From Octopus vulgaris (lineage: Eukaryota), in the NCBI GenBank assembly GCA_951406725.2, contig OX597815.1, positions 106,888,001-106,952,000 on the forward strand: a DNA stretch of 64,000 nt, in the 5' to 3' direction. A model generated the notes under the pieces. That model ran no database searches and had not been told where the DNA came from. It worked only from the letters and a program-made list of their open reading frames with translations. Below, piece by piece: positions 1 through 10,235 of the stretch; positions within the stretch are counted from its first letter, which is position 1, and each line of letters starts with the position of its first letter. Made by a program: the position numbers and the translations under genes.

Positions 1-518
1 TCTTTACGTTCTGAGTTCAAATTACAGCGAGGTCAACTTTGCCTTTCATCCTTTCGAGGTCAATAAGATAAATACCAGTTGAGCACTGGGATTGATGTAA
101 TCGAATTAATCACTCTCCCGATATTGCTGGTATTGTGCCAAAATTTGAAACTGATATCATGATTATTAATAAGGCAACGGGCTGGCAGAATCTTTAGCAC
201 GCCGGACAAAAAGCTTTGTGGTATTTCTTCCGGCTTTACGTTCTGAATTCAAATACCGCCGAGGTCTATTTTGTCTTTCTTCCTTTCGGTGTCGATCGAG
301 TAAATGCCTGTCGAGTACCGGGGTCGATATAATCGATTAGCTCCCATCCACCAAATTCCAGGCATTGTGCCTATAATAGGAAAGATTATTATCATTATTA
401 TTATTTCGATTAAATAAGCACCAGTTACGCACTGGGGTCGATATGGTCAACTTATTCCGTTTGTCTGTCCTTGTTTGTCCCCTCTGTGTTTAGCCCCTTG
501 TGGGTAGTAAAGAAAAAA
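1..518 (+). mobile_element. Cluster of three partial tRNA-derived SINE copies (Nin/Deu-like central domain)
   Basis: Repeated B-box-like gagttcaaat and core gcctttcatcctttcg(a/g)ggtc(g/a)ataa..taccag at 1-150 and 171-385. A 3' part at 405-518 ends tttgtctgtccttgtttgtcccctctgtgtttagccccttgtgggtagtaaagaaa and is followed by (ATT)n. Confidence 0.85.
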
Positions 519-560
<42 letters not shown>

Positions 561-1899
561 GTTGTTAATGTTATTTTTTTAGGCATTTCAAACTTTTTTG
601 TTTTATTTCATTTTTTTTTGTTTTTATAAAAGGTAATGAAATGATCAAACATACAAGCACAGTTTCATCATTAAAGGCCTCCAGTTCTGCAATGGAAGAC
701 ACAAAAAATAAGTTTTGAAAATATTAATTTGAACGAAAAATGTACGAGAAGTATCACCACTAACAGCAATAACAACAACAACAACAACAACATGAACATC
801 ATCATCAACAACAACAACGATAACATTCCATCTTTTGATAAGTTGTAAATTAAACAGAGTTCCTCCGTGGCTGACGAATTTATCCAGAAAAGACAGAAGG
901 TGAAATAATAATGCTTGTAAAAAAAAAATAGAGGGTGCTTCTTTATGTACTCGGAAAAAAGACATGTGGTTGGGTGGTTCTGCATTGTCATCTAGGTACT
1001 GGTTCTCTAGGGGCTGGTGTTCATTGAGAGAGCAGAGAGAAGGTCCATCAGGGTGTAGTGTTGTGTAAAAGATCCAGTTTCTAAACATATATAAGTAAAT
1101 ACTATTTAAAGACCTTCTGCCCAGAATTGAAAAACAAAAGAAAAAGAATGGGTGCAAATAACTGTGTGGTTTCACTAAAGGGAATATCAGAGATGAAGAT
1201 CTTGGATGCTGCTACCGCTTTTCAGGAGTAGCATCAGTCTCAATTTCTGGTATATCCAGAGCAAAATCAAACATGCTCGCCTCTCCCATCAATACTATGG
1301 GCCAAAGATCACCGGAAGGAAGAGAGGATTAATTATTCAAACGAGAACTGACCAGGGGTGTCAAGCAGCAATACCATCTCATCAATATGAATTGATAGGG
1401 AAGAGATGGAAACTGGAGAAGGATAACAAATTGTGAGGAGCAATAAGAAAAAAAAAAAAATGGCGGTGAAAAATAAAATGTAAGCTCGGGTAAAAGATAG
1501 GAAAGAGATTAGAAATCCTTCACGAAGACATGCTCAAACTCACGCAATACCTGAGTAAGAAATAGACTAGGTAGTGAAGAGAGTGATATATATCCAATCT
1601 GTCGTCACACTGGCCCATACGATTCATCGCGATATATCTAAATTTGCATAATGCTCATTTAAACTGAGATGTATAAATGGGAAGATAGGCTATGGGTTGC
1701 ACCTTGTTGTTCGTTCAGCTACAGTATCGTAACCGTAATAAATGATCTTATAAAAGGTCGTATTAAATGCTGTGTCTATTTTCTCATACTCGATTCCAAG
1801 CAACATCCACCATCCCCGCTTATTTGTCATAATAATTTCTAATCATCTGTGACCTTTGTGACAAATAAAGAAATTGTTTTTTTATTGTTGTTATGTCAG

Positions 1900-2290
1900 T
1901 AGCGTGGGTTGTTATTTCACTTCTGTGTTCTGATTTTTATGCCCTGCATGGCAACCTCGAGGTTGATAAAATTAAGTATCGGTTAAGCATTGCGGTCGAT
2001 GATAAAGACTAACAACCCCAACCAAATTTCAGGCCAGGTACCTATGTTGGACACAGTTATTGTTATAATTGTTATTATCAATAGGGCAGTGGATTAGCAG
2101 AATCATTAGTGTATTGGGCAACATGCTTTGTAGTATTCTTTGTGCTTTTAGTTTAAATCCCGTCGAGATCAGCATTGTTTTTCATCCCCCAGAGGTCGAT
2201 AAAATAGTGTAGCAGCTAAGAATTGATGTCAATTTAATTGACTAACTTCTCCCTCCAACTTGTTAGCCTTGAACCTAAAATAGAAATTAC
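1900..2290 (+). mobile_element. Two decayed copies of the same SINE family
   Basis: Diverged core motifs gaggttgataaaattaagtatc and ttttcatccccagaggtcgataaaatag. Confidence 0.6.
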
Positions 2291-2297
2291 TACCAAC

Positions 2298-2325
2298 AGT
2301 AGTAGTTGTAGTAGTAGTAGTAGTT

Positions 2326-2390
<65 letters not shown>
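2298..2390. repeat. (AGT)n microsatellite
   Basis: Seen directly; it explains the poly-S and poly-L ORFs. Confidence 0.97.
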
Positions 2391-2391
<1 letters not shown>

Positions 2392-2678
2392 CTTCTGGTC
2401 CTTCCTTATTACTTTTATTTACCGTTCCACGTCTTCCGTTTTTAAACCTGCTCTCAAACATTTGAAATTAACAGATGGATATCATGAAGATCCATAAAAT
2501 TGTTTGATCTCCTGTAGTGACTGAAGCGCAATTTTTAGATTCTTAGGTAATGGTAATTATGGCACCGATACCAACATCTCTCTGATCAAGTCCGCCTTGT
2601 CCATTTCATCTATGGCTCCTTCTAAGAAACTACGAGCATAAAAAGAAACAGATTGGGTAGTGAAGAGAGTGATATATT

Positions 2679-2885
2679 TCTTCTGTTGGCCTGCTCGCTT
2701 AGCCAGCGGGGTGGCGTCATTCGAAGGCTAAAACAATGCGAACGCATTGTGACCAGCGATGTGTAACTACATCTGATGGACTGGTCGGTCACGTGATCGT
2801 GATATATATAAACCTTTACATAAATAAATAACGTGAAATACACGAAGGGACGAACATAAGAGACAGACGGGTCATTCAAAGCCTT
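2679..2885. mobile_element. Composite insertion (SINE 3' fragment plus Penelope-like tail) interrupting a duplicated segment
   Basis: 1565-1722 aligns with 2650-2678 plus 2886-3031. The intervening block contains ttagccagcggggtggcgtcattcgaaggctaaaac...ggtcacgtgat, a short (TA)n and an unrelated tail. Confidence 0.6.
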
Positions 2886-3463
2886 CATCCAGTCTGTTGT
2901 CACACTGTAGCGCATACGACTCATCACGATATGTCTAAACTTGCGTAATACTCTTCACCTGAACAGAGACGTTGTATAAGAGATAAGATATAGGCCTATA
3001 GGTTGCACCTTGTCGTCGTTCGGTCAGCTACCTGTGTACCATACATTCCCCTTAGAGTGCACAGTATCCATAATATTCGCCTTTTCAATAAACATTTCAA
3101 ACTGTTTGTTGTTTTGTTTGCACAGATGGTGATAATGAAAAAGGAAAATTACAGATTAAGATATTGTTCTTTTTTTCTGCCTCTTTCTTTTTTCTTTCTT
3201 ACAAAGTACTGAGGTCGATATAATCAGATAAACCTTCAAGCTAGTGCAACAAACACCATGGATACAGTGCAATCACTGAAACCAGAGCGAAAACAAAAAA
3301 AATTCGATGAAGATTTTACAGTTTAATGGTTCTTATTCCTTTTACAACACATTATCACCATCAGATACGTGGTAAGTCGGCATTAAAAGAGAGAGAGAGA
3401 GAGGTGGTAGGAAGATAAAGAGATAGCGGACAAATTGATGAGTTCGAAAAGTGAAAACATTAA

Positions 3464-3464
<1 letters not shown>

Positions 3465-3502
<38 letters not shown>

Positions 3503-3845
3503 TATTATTATTACTATTATTATTATTATCATTATTATTATCGTTATTATTATTATTAATCATCAAGAAGAATGACAGAAATAAATAAAAAAGGAAATGA
3601 AGAGGTGTGAAGGAAAACAGAGAAAAAGAAGGAGGAGAAGATGAAAATGAAGAAATAGGAGGAGGAGGAGGAAAAGAAGAAGAAGAAGGGAAGGAAAGGA
3701 GAAGGAGAAAAAAGGACGAGGAGAAGAAAAAAGAGAAGGATAAGAAGAAAAAGAGGAGGAGGGAAACGAAGAAGAAGAAGAAAAAGGAGAGGAAAGAAGG
3801 AGGGAGAAAAGAGAAGAAAAAGGAGGTGAAAAGGAAGAAGAAGGG
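3465..3845. repeat. (TAA)n/(TTA)n repeat followed by a purine-rich low-complexity tract
   Basis: Seen directly. Confidence 0.9.
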
Positions 3846-4329
3846 CAACAGCAAATCCAAAGCCAAAATAGCAAGGAGCCCATTAAGCATAATGATTTTT
3901 GAAGGTAACATTAGCGTGTAACATTGTCGTCTGATAAATTAATTCTAGTTTTAAAAAATAATAACATATTGCGTTAGTAGTCAATTTAATGATGGGGACT
4001 TTTATTTCATCCTCTGTTATTAATATCATTAGTAATCATTGCTATAGAGATGGTGAACAATCAATTCAGTTTTAGAATCATAGAAAAATCATTGGTTTAT
4101 CATTTAGGAACCTCATTTATAGAAGTGGTGTAAAGACAAGAAATGTATAAAGAGTACTAGTGGAGTCTCCATTTTGTCCTGATATTTTTTCATTTTTGCT
4201 TTATGTGCTGCACCCAGAGCCCTATTCTTAGAACCACTAAGACTGATTGAAAGTAGAACGGAAGTCATTCACAGACATTCAAAGATTGGGTTCGATTTCT
4301 TCCAAAAATGGCCCCCAATAAAAGCATCC

Positions 4330-4515
4330 AATGAGATAGAACAGACCTATAGTCAAAGTCGTTCTAGCCGTTGCCATCCAGTTTTTTTTTTCTCTCCGGG
4401 CATAGATTACCCGGGTCTGCATAATCCAGTGTACCATTCTAAGACTGAAAAGCGTGTGATTTGAAGGCAATTTGGCTGCTATTTCTAGCGTTTCAGATAA
4501 TCTCGTAGAAGCAAT
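4330..4515. mobile_element. Decayed interspersed repeat (probably a SINE), with related fragments near 31420, 32755 and 60265-60445
   Basis: The motif gtgtgatttgaagg(c/g)aatttggctgctatttctagc recurs in diverged form at these sites. Confidence 0.55.
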
Positions 4516-5954
4516 TTTGTTGAGGAACAATGGTACTCATTTATAGGAGTGGTAGAAGGATAGGTTATGTTTTGTCTACAGAGACATTGGCGAGCTCTGT
4601 GATCTGCTTGAAAGTTTAAGAGCGATGGAAACGCCCCCAGGAGACGACATCATTCATCAGAGACTCTCGACGGTAAACTGGCAAATGGTAGCAATTGACA
4701 TCGAGCAAAGCTAGGTTCAACAGATCCAGGCTAAAGGTAGCAACTGTTCGCAAATGATCCAGTTCGAGCTAAATAGATGTATCTTGAAAAATGTATCTTG
4801 AATTCGCCAGGACAATATAGACTGAACCCTTGTAAAGCAGAGTTTCGTGGAGAAGGCGATCGAACTCATGTTTAACTTCGGATATGATGGCTGGATGCGA
4901 CATTATTCTGCTAAAGAACTGAATTTCGGTCGTCAAGAGAGCATTGAGATGAAAATAGTGTCAGTTTTCCAGTCTTATTCAGATCTAGAACCATGCCAAC
5001 AAAACACATATTCTAACGGATTTAAACACTCTCTTCTATGGGATTAAATTTCATTCCTGGTTGCCAGTGCCACATTGTTGAGCAAATTCATTGAGGGAAA
5101 AAACTTACCGCAATGTATATCGACTCCTTAATATAGTTTGTTCAGTAGGAAACTGTTGCATTGATAATAATAATTTTGTGGTTTTAAATATTTGGCATTT
5201 AGAATTCTATACACAAAATGGAAATCAAATTACATGAAAATAAAATAAAGATATTTCAATGTATGACTAATGGAATTTTTGCGGAGTATTTAATGGCGAA
5301 ATAAGTAATACATATTTAGTTCGACCATACCCTTCATAAGTCATAAATTTATACATACTCAAATGCATGCAAATATGTATGTGTGTAACATCATATATGT
5401 AATCATAAATATCTATTGCTTCTAACAAAAGCATGCATATAACGCGTCCATTTACAAGATCATATGACAACATATCAAGAAATATATGTATGTACATATG
5501 TGTACGTATGTGTGTGAGCATATATACATACATGTACAAATAGATAAATATAGAAAAATAGATAAAAGGGGCAGATACTTATGTCGTACTCGTCAAAATT
5601 GACAAGGATGTTTTTCTTAGATTTTTGTCTTTTTTGAGAAATATTTCATATTTCTGTTAAGACTTGCTCATTTTCTCATTTCATTTTGTCAACTTTTAGT
5701 AATTCTTATTCGTTATTTTTTTTCAAGCCTTGCTTCTGTTTCTTCTCGTCTGTCTTCTTTTGTAGAACTACTTTCCAATTCTCATCGAGTATTGACGTCT
5801 TGGGATAATCCCAGTTTAACTTCTGCAGTCCGAAGTCGAGCAGTTTCTCTGTCTTATATTTGAAAACTAATCTTCGCTCCTACTCACTCTTACTTAACTT
5901 CCTTCATAATTCTCACTAACTCACATGCTTCATTATTTCTTCTCTTTCTCCCAG

Positions 5955-6440
5955 TCTCTCCCATCTTTTGAATAACGTCACTTCTTCTGCCACTTTTAAA
6001 ACCTCTACCATCAATTCTACAGCCACTGCAACCACTATAACGAATAATGAATACTACCTTCATAACCACCGCCAACACCACCACCACCACCACCACCACC
6101 ACCACCACCACCACCACCACCTGCACCAGCACCAGCACCACCAGTAAAAAACACGGAAGCTTGGGTCTGCAGCCAGGCCTTTCGCGATACCCTTAAAGCC
6201 GGGAACTTTTCAGCAACCCCTCGTATATGATAACTGCAACTTTATTTCCAGCAATGCTTTCGCTTGATTATTTTCTTAAATATAAGCAGCATGGATGTGA
6301 CTTTTAATTTCTGCCAGGGAAGTACATTCTTTTGCACAGACAAAGAAATGATGGGCACCTCTCGCAGTAGGAGTTCAGAGAGCTTATCATCCACGCTGAC
6401 ACAAGCCTTCAGTCCATCATGAAATTCTTTTTAATTGAGT
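5955..6440 (+). pseudogene. Disrupted exon-like segment: Thr/Ser-rich stretch, His15 tract and two degenerate EF-hand-like motifs
   Basis: Pyrimidine tract plus cag acceptor at 5954. Reads LSHLLNNVTSSATFKTST...H15, TAA at 6145, then VYDNCNFISSNAFA/DYF and D-K-E/N-D-G-H-L-S-Q-*-E-F-R-E-L-I across frameshifts. Confidence 0.35.
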
Positions 6441-6827
6441 CAATAATGAAGTATTGACCCTGTGCAATACTTCATTACTGACACTCTCTTACCAATGTAT
6501 GTATTTGCTCAATCAGAAGAACCAGTTTATATCTTGGATTGTAATTGAAGTCGCAAGGCGTTACATCAGAGTTTTCTTTCTCCTAGAGAGGTGTCTAAAC
6601 GGAGACTAAGGGTCTCTCACTCCAGGCTGGTGGATGGCATTGACTCAACTGAGTTCATCCGCCATTTGACAGGGTTCTTTTATTCTATACTGCGCTGTCC
6701 AACGAAAACTGTTGTCCTTGCCAAGCAGGCTTGACAATATTGCCGAGCTTGTCGCTGACGAATCGACCACGCAGGGGTTGCACTGAGTTACATGTTACCA
6801 GTTGCACTAAGAGTGACCAGGCATGTT

Positions 6828-7262
6828 TACATACACGCACACACACGCATACACACATACATACATACATACATACATACATACATACATACATACATAC
6901 ATACATACATGCATGCATGCATGCATGCATACATACATACATACATACATACATACATACATACATGCACACATACATACATGCATACATACATACATAC
7001 ATACTTACATACATACATGCATGCATGAATACATACATACATACATACATACATACATACATACATACAAATATATATATATATATTCGTGCATATATAT
7101 TTATAGATATATATATATGTATGTACGTACGCATCTTTGTATGTACGTGTATACATGCATTCGTATATATCTACACATATACACACAGACACACAGACAC
7201 ACACAGACACACAGACACACAGACACTCACACACACACACATACATACATACATAGACATAT
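6828..7262. repeat. Compound (ACAT)n/(TA)n/(CA)n microsatellite
   Basis: Seen directly. Confidence 0.95.
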
Positions 7263-7544
7263 ATGAAACTCAAATACTACGCAGTTGCAATCAGACGTAT
7301 ATTTAAATACGTAGATAAGAATGATGTTTTATTCTCGTATGTTTCTTGCTGTTTATACCTATTCTAAATGATTATTTATCAAGTTTTATGAATTTCTAAA
7401 GCAAAATCAATTTCACGCAGTAGAGATCAATCATAACGAACAGAAAGCAATCTCTTTGTAATTTGAAATTCACTAATTTCCATTTATTGTTCAGTATTTG
7501 CACTTTCATATAAACCTTTATTTGTATATGAGTATATTCTTGTA

Positions 7545-7579
<35 letters not shown>

Positions 7580-7964
7580 TCAAGCACACACTCAAACATA
7601 CACAAACACACACACATGCACACTCACATGCGCACACAGATAAGCACACACGTATGCACACACATATATAGGTATATCTTTCTGAACAGATGTATGCACA
7701 CATGTACACAAACACTGAAAGTGAGAGAGAGAGAAAAAGAAAAAGAGAGGAAGAGGGAGAGAGAAAAAAAAGAGAATGAGAAAGTGAGAGAGAAATACAT
7801 CACTCAACAGACATGTTTGCACATGTTTTAATATATTTTTGAAAATATTCTTTTCACAAAAAAGGTTATAATTAAATATGGCATACTCTAAAGTGCTTGT
7901 CATTAATACAAGCTTGGTATATATATGCGTGTATGTATTATGTATGTATATATGTATATATAAG

Positions 7965-8231
7965 AATTTTTTGCGTGATGAGATAAAAAACCAAGGCTGT
8001 GTAGATATTAGAACATTTATAGATATAATGTCTTACAGCTGTTTCCAGGATATATATTAATTATATCCCTTCATCGGAGACGGTGTGAGAGGATGGTTAA
8101 GTAATAGTTAGTTTAGATAGGATACAAAATAGAGAGTGAGGTGGAGGAAAGAAAATAGATGTGAGATATGTAGGGATATTGAAGTTGTTGATCCATTTTT
8201 TAGGCAGAATGGTATATATGTAGCAGAATGG

Positions 8232-8232
<1 letters not shown>
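7965..8232 (-). mobile_element. Penelope-like pseudo-LTR module carrying a hammerhead motif
   Basis: Flanked by TA-rich repeats; contains the HHR at 8030-8081. Confidence 0.6.
8030..8081 (-). ncRNA. Minimal type I hammerhead ribozyme (U4C, probably impaired)
   Basis: Minus strand reads gtct CCGATGA a gggatata..tatatcct g GAAA cagctg TA agac, with a palindromic stem III. Confidence 0.65.
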
Positions 8233-8272
<40 letters not shown>

Positions 8273-8360
8273 GTGCGCGCGTGTGTGTGTGTGTGTTATG
8301 TGTGTGTGTATGTGTATGCGTGTGTATGTATATATATATGTATGTATGTATGTATTTATG

Positions 8361-8445
<85 letters not shown>

Positions 8446-8491
8446 GAAATATGTTACGAAAAGAAAATATAAAATACACGTGGAAATGTAA

Positions 8492-8833
8492 GGGTAAAAT
8501 ATGAAAAATCAACGAAAATGCATATTGCAAATAGAAAAAGGCTATTTATGACAGGTAGTGACAAATATATACATTTAGATTGACTGAGGTAGTAATACGA
8601 GTCATAAAAGTCATTATTATGAGATGATTATGGGATGATAATAAAGTAAGAGAACGAAACGAACCAGTGGTTTACGCGAAGGCTATTCATCAGCTGATGA
8701 ATAGCCTTCGCGTAAACCACTGGTTCGTATTACTACCTCAGTCAATCTAAATGTATATATTTGTCACTACCTGTCATTAATAGCCTTTTTCTATTTGCAA
8801 TATGCATTTTCGTTGATTTTTCATATTTTACCC
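8492..8833. repeat. Long fold-back inverted repeat centred on cagctg (8691-8696)
   Basis: The arms are reverse complements, and the left arm carries about 60 extra nt (8601-8660). The centre reads ttcatcagctgatgaa. (TA)n lies on both sides. Confidence 0.92.
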
Positions 8834-8850
8834 CTATATATATATATATG

Positions 8851-8981
8851 TCCCTTTCTGTAGAAGAACGTAGGCTCGAAACGCAAAGACTTTTTCTATT
8901 CCTGAGCGTTATACTAATACATCTGTTTGTTTTGTACACCACCTGTCTTCGTCTTTTGTTTTTTTCGTAAACTCTCCCTAT
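8851..8981 (+). mobile_element. Short Penelope-like module starting with a decayed hammerhead motif; related pieces at 34262-34400, 42141-42280 and 50066-50146 (-)
   Basis: cttt CTGTAGA a gaac gtag gctc GAAA cg CA aag at 8854-8888, followed by the shared tcctgagcgt..ctaatacatctg tail; (TA)n flanks. Confidence 0.6.
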
Positions 8982-8988
8982 ATGTATG

Positions 8989-9057
<69 letters not shown>

Positions 9058-9058
9058 A

Positions 9059-9333
9059 TGCAGCGTGGAAGGTGTTTGTAAGCCATTTAAGAAACACACA
9101 AAAGCCGTTCGAGTCACTTCAACATTTAAGTTTAATTTGTCAAAATATTTTCGTCGCTTTAAGACCGCGACCTGTTCATTGACAAAAATCGGTGCTGCAT
9201 TGATTTTTGCCAGTGAACAGGTCGCGGTCTTAAAGCGACGAAAATATTTTGACAAATTAAACTTAAATGTTGAAGTGAATCGAACAGCTTTTGTGTGTTT
9301 CTTAAATGGCTTACAAACACCTTCCACGCTGCA
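9059..9333. repeat. 275-bp near-perfect palindrome (fold-back of a Penelope-like module that continues to about 9396)
   Basis: tgcagcgtggaagg...ccttccacgctgca, with a few mismatches between the arms and an apex near 9196. Confidence 0.95.
9206..9256 (+). ncRNA. Hammerhead ribozyme variant with G3:C8 core (mirror copy at 9136-9186 on the minus strand)
   Basis: tttgcca GTGAACA g gtcgc ggtcttaaa gcgac GAAA atat TT tgacaaa. Confidence 0.6.
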
Positions 9334-9422
9334 ATTGTTTTCGTTTCAGCACACGATCTCATATCAAGTCACTTGCTATGCAGGTACATCTCCGTATATA
9401 TGAATTTATGTATATATATATA

Positions 9423-9468
<46 letters not shown>

Positions 9469-9563
9469 ACAAGATAAGGGCAACAGAAGACAAAAATTGT
9501 CAATAACCATTATAATTTATGCGTCTCGAAACAAACCGATCGAAATTTCTAAAAAATCCGTTA

Positions 9564-9623
9564 TTACCGTATTGGTCCAATTTCAGGGTTAATTCATAAG
9601 AATTTTCCCCTCTTCAGCGATAA
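9564..9623 (-). ncRNA. Type I hammerhead ribozyme
   Basis: ttatcg CTGAAGA gggg..accct GAAA ttggaccaa TA cggtaa; predicted cleavage between 9570 and 9569. Confidence 0.8.
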
Positions 9624-10021
9624 ATACGTGAGATATAAGTGAAATACTTACTCATACCCATGGAAAAAGCAAGCACTAAGTCCTGAGCAGACCTAAGTAC
9701 CCCAAATATATCCAAAATAGAAAATCTTCGGCACATCTCGAGTCACGTGTGATTCGAACTAGAAACTTTCACAGAGTGAGAGAATCCGGAAGTGAACACT
9801 ATTCAATTTATAACTAATGTAGGATAAAATTATTTATATTTATCAATGGCCAGCATATTAAAAAATACCTTTAAAGGTTAAATTTATAAATAATTTACAA
9901 GATAAGGGCAAAAGAAAAATTCTAATGCCAAATATGCCGAAAAAAAGACAAAAATTGTCAATAACCATTATAATTTATGCGTCCCGAGACAAACCGATCG
10001 AAATTTCTAAAAAATCCGTTA

Positions 10022-10081
10022 TTACCGTATTGGTCCAATTTCAAGGTTAATTCATAAGAATTTTCCCCTCTTCAGCGATAA
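10022..10081 (-). ncRNA. Type I hammerhead ribozyme (tandem copy)
   Basis: Same motif as 9564-9623 with one stem II change; predicted cleavage between 10028 and 10027. Confidence 0.75.
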
Positions 10082-10082
10082 A

Positions 10083-10235
10083 TTCTTCTTCTTCTTCTTC
10101 TTCTTCTTCTTCTTCTTCTTCTTCTTCTTCTTCTTCTTCTTCTTCTTCTTCTTCTTCTTCTTCTTCTTCTTCTTCTTCTTCTTCTTCTTCTTCTTCTTCT
10201 TCTTCTTCTTCTTCTTCTTCTTCTTCTTCTTCTTC
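10083..10235. repeat. (TTC)n microsatellite
   Basis: Seen directly; it explains the poly-K ORF. Confidence 0.98.

Larger units (their letters stand above)
9462..10083 (-). mobile_element. Non-coding partial-tandem element with a 458-nt unit and two hammerheads (retrozyme/Penelope pLTR-like)
   Basis: 9462-9624 is repeated at about 9890-10083. No ORF. It is homologous, in the opposite orientation, to 49212-49950. Confidence 0.8.

Noticed and set aside
645-1436. ORFs 645-1175 (-), 671-991 (-) and 1206-1436 (+), with a faint sulfotransferase-like impression on the + strand
   Set aside because: Driven partly by an (AAC)n tract. The + frame has many stops and no convincing motif.
3465-3921. Lys/Glu-rich and Phe/Ser-rich ORFs
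   Set aside because: A purine/pyrimidine low-complexity tract with no domain signal.
8691-8723. Functional hammerhead at the apex of the first palindrome
   Set aside because: CTGATGA is present but GAAA reads GTAAA and stem III is unconvincing; kept only as HHR-like.
8914-9403. Mirror-image ORFs on both strands
   Set aside because: A consequence of the palindrome and the adjacent (TA)n.
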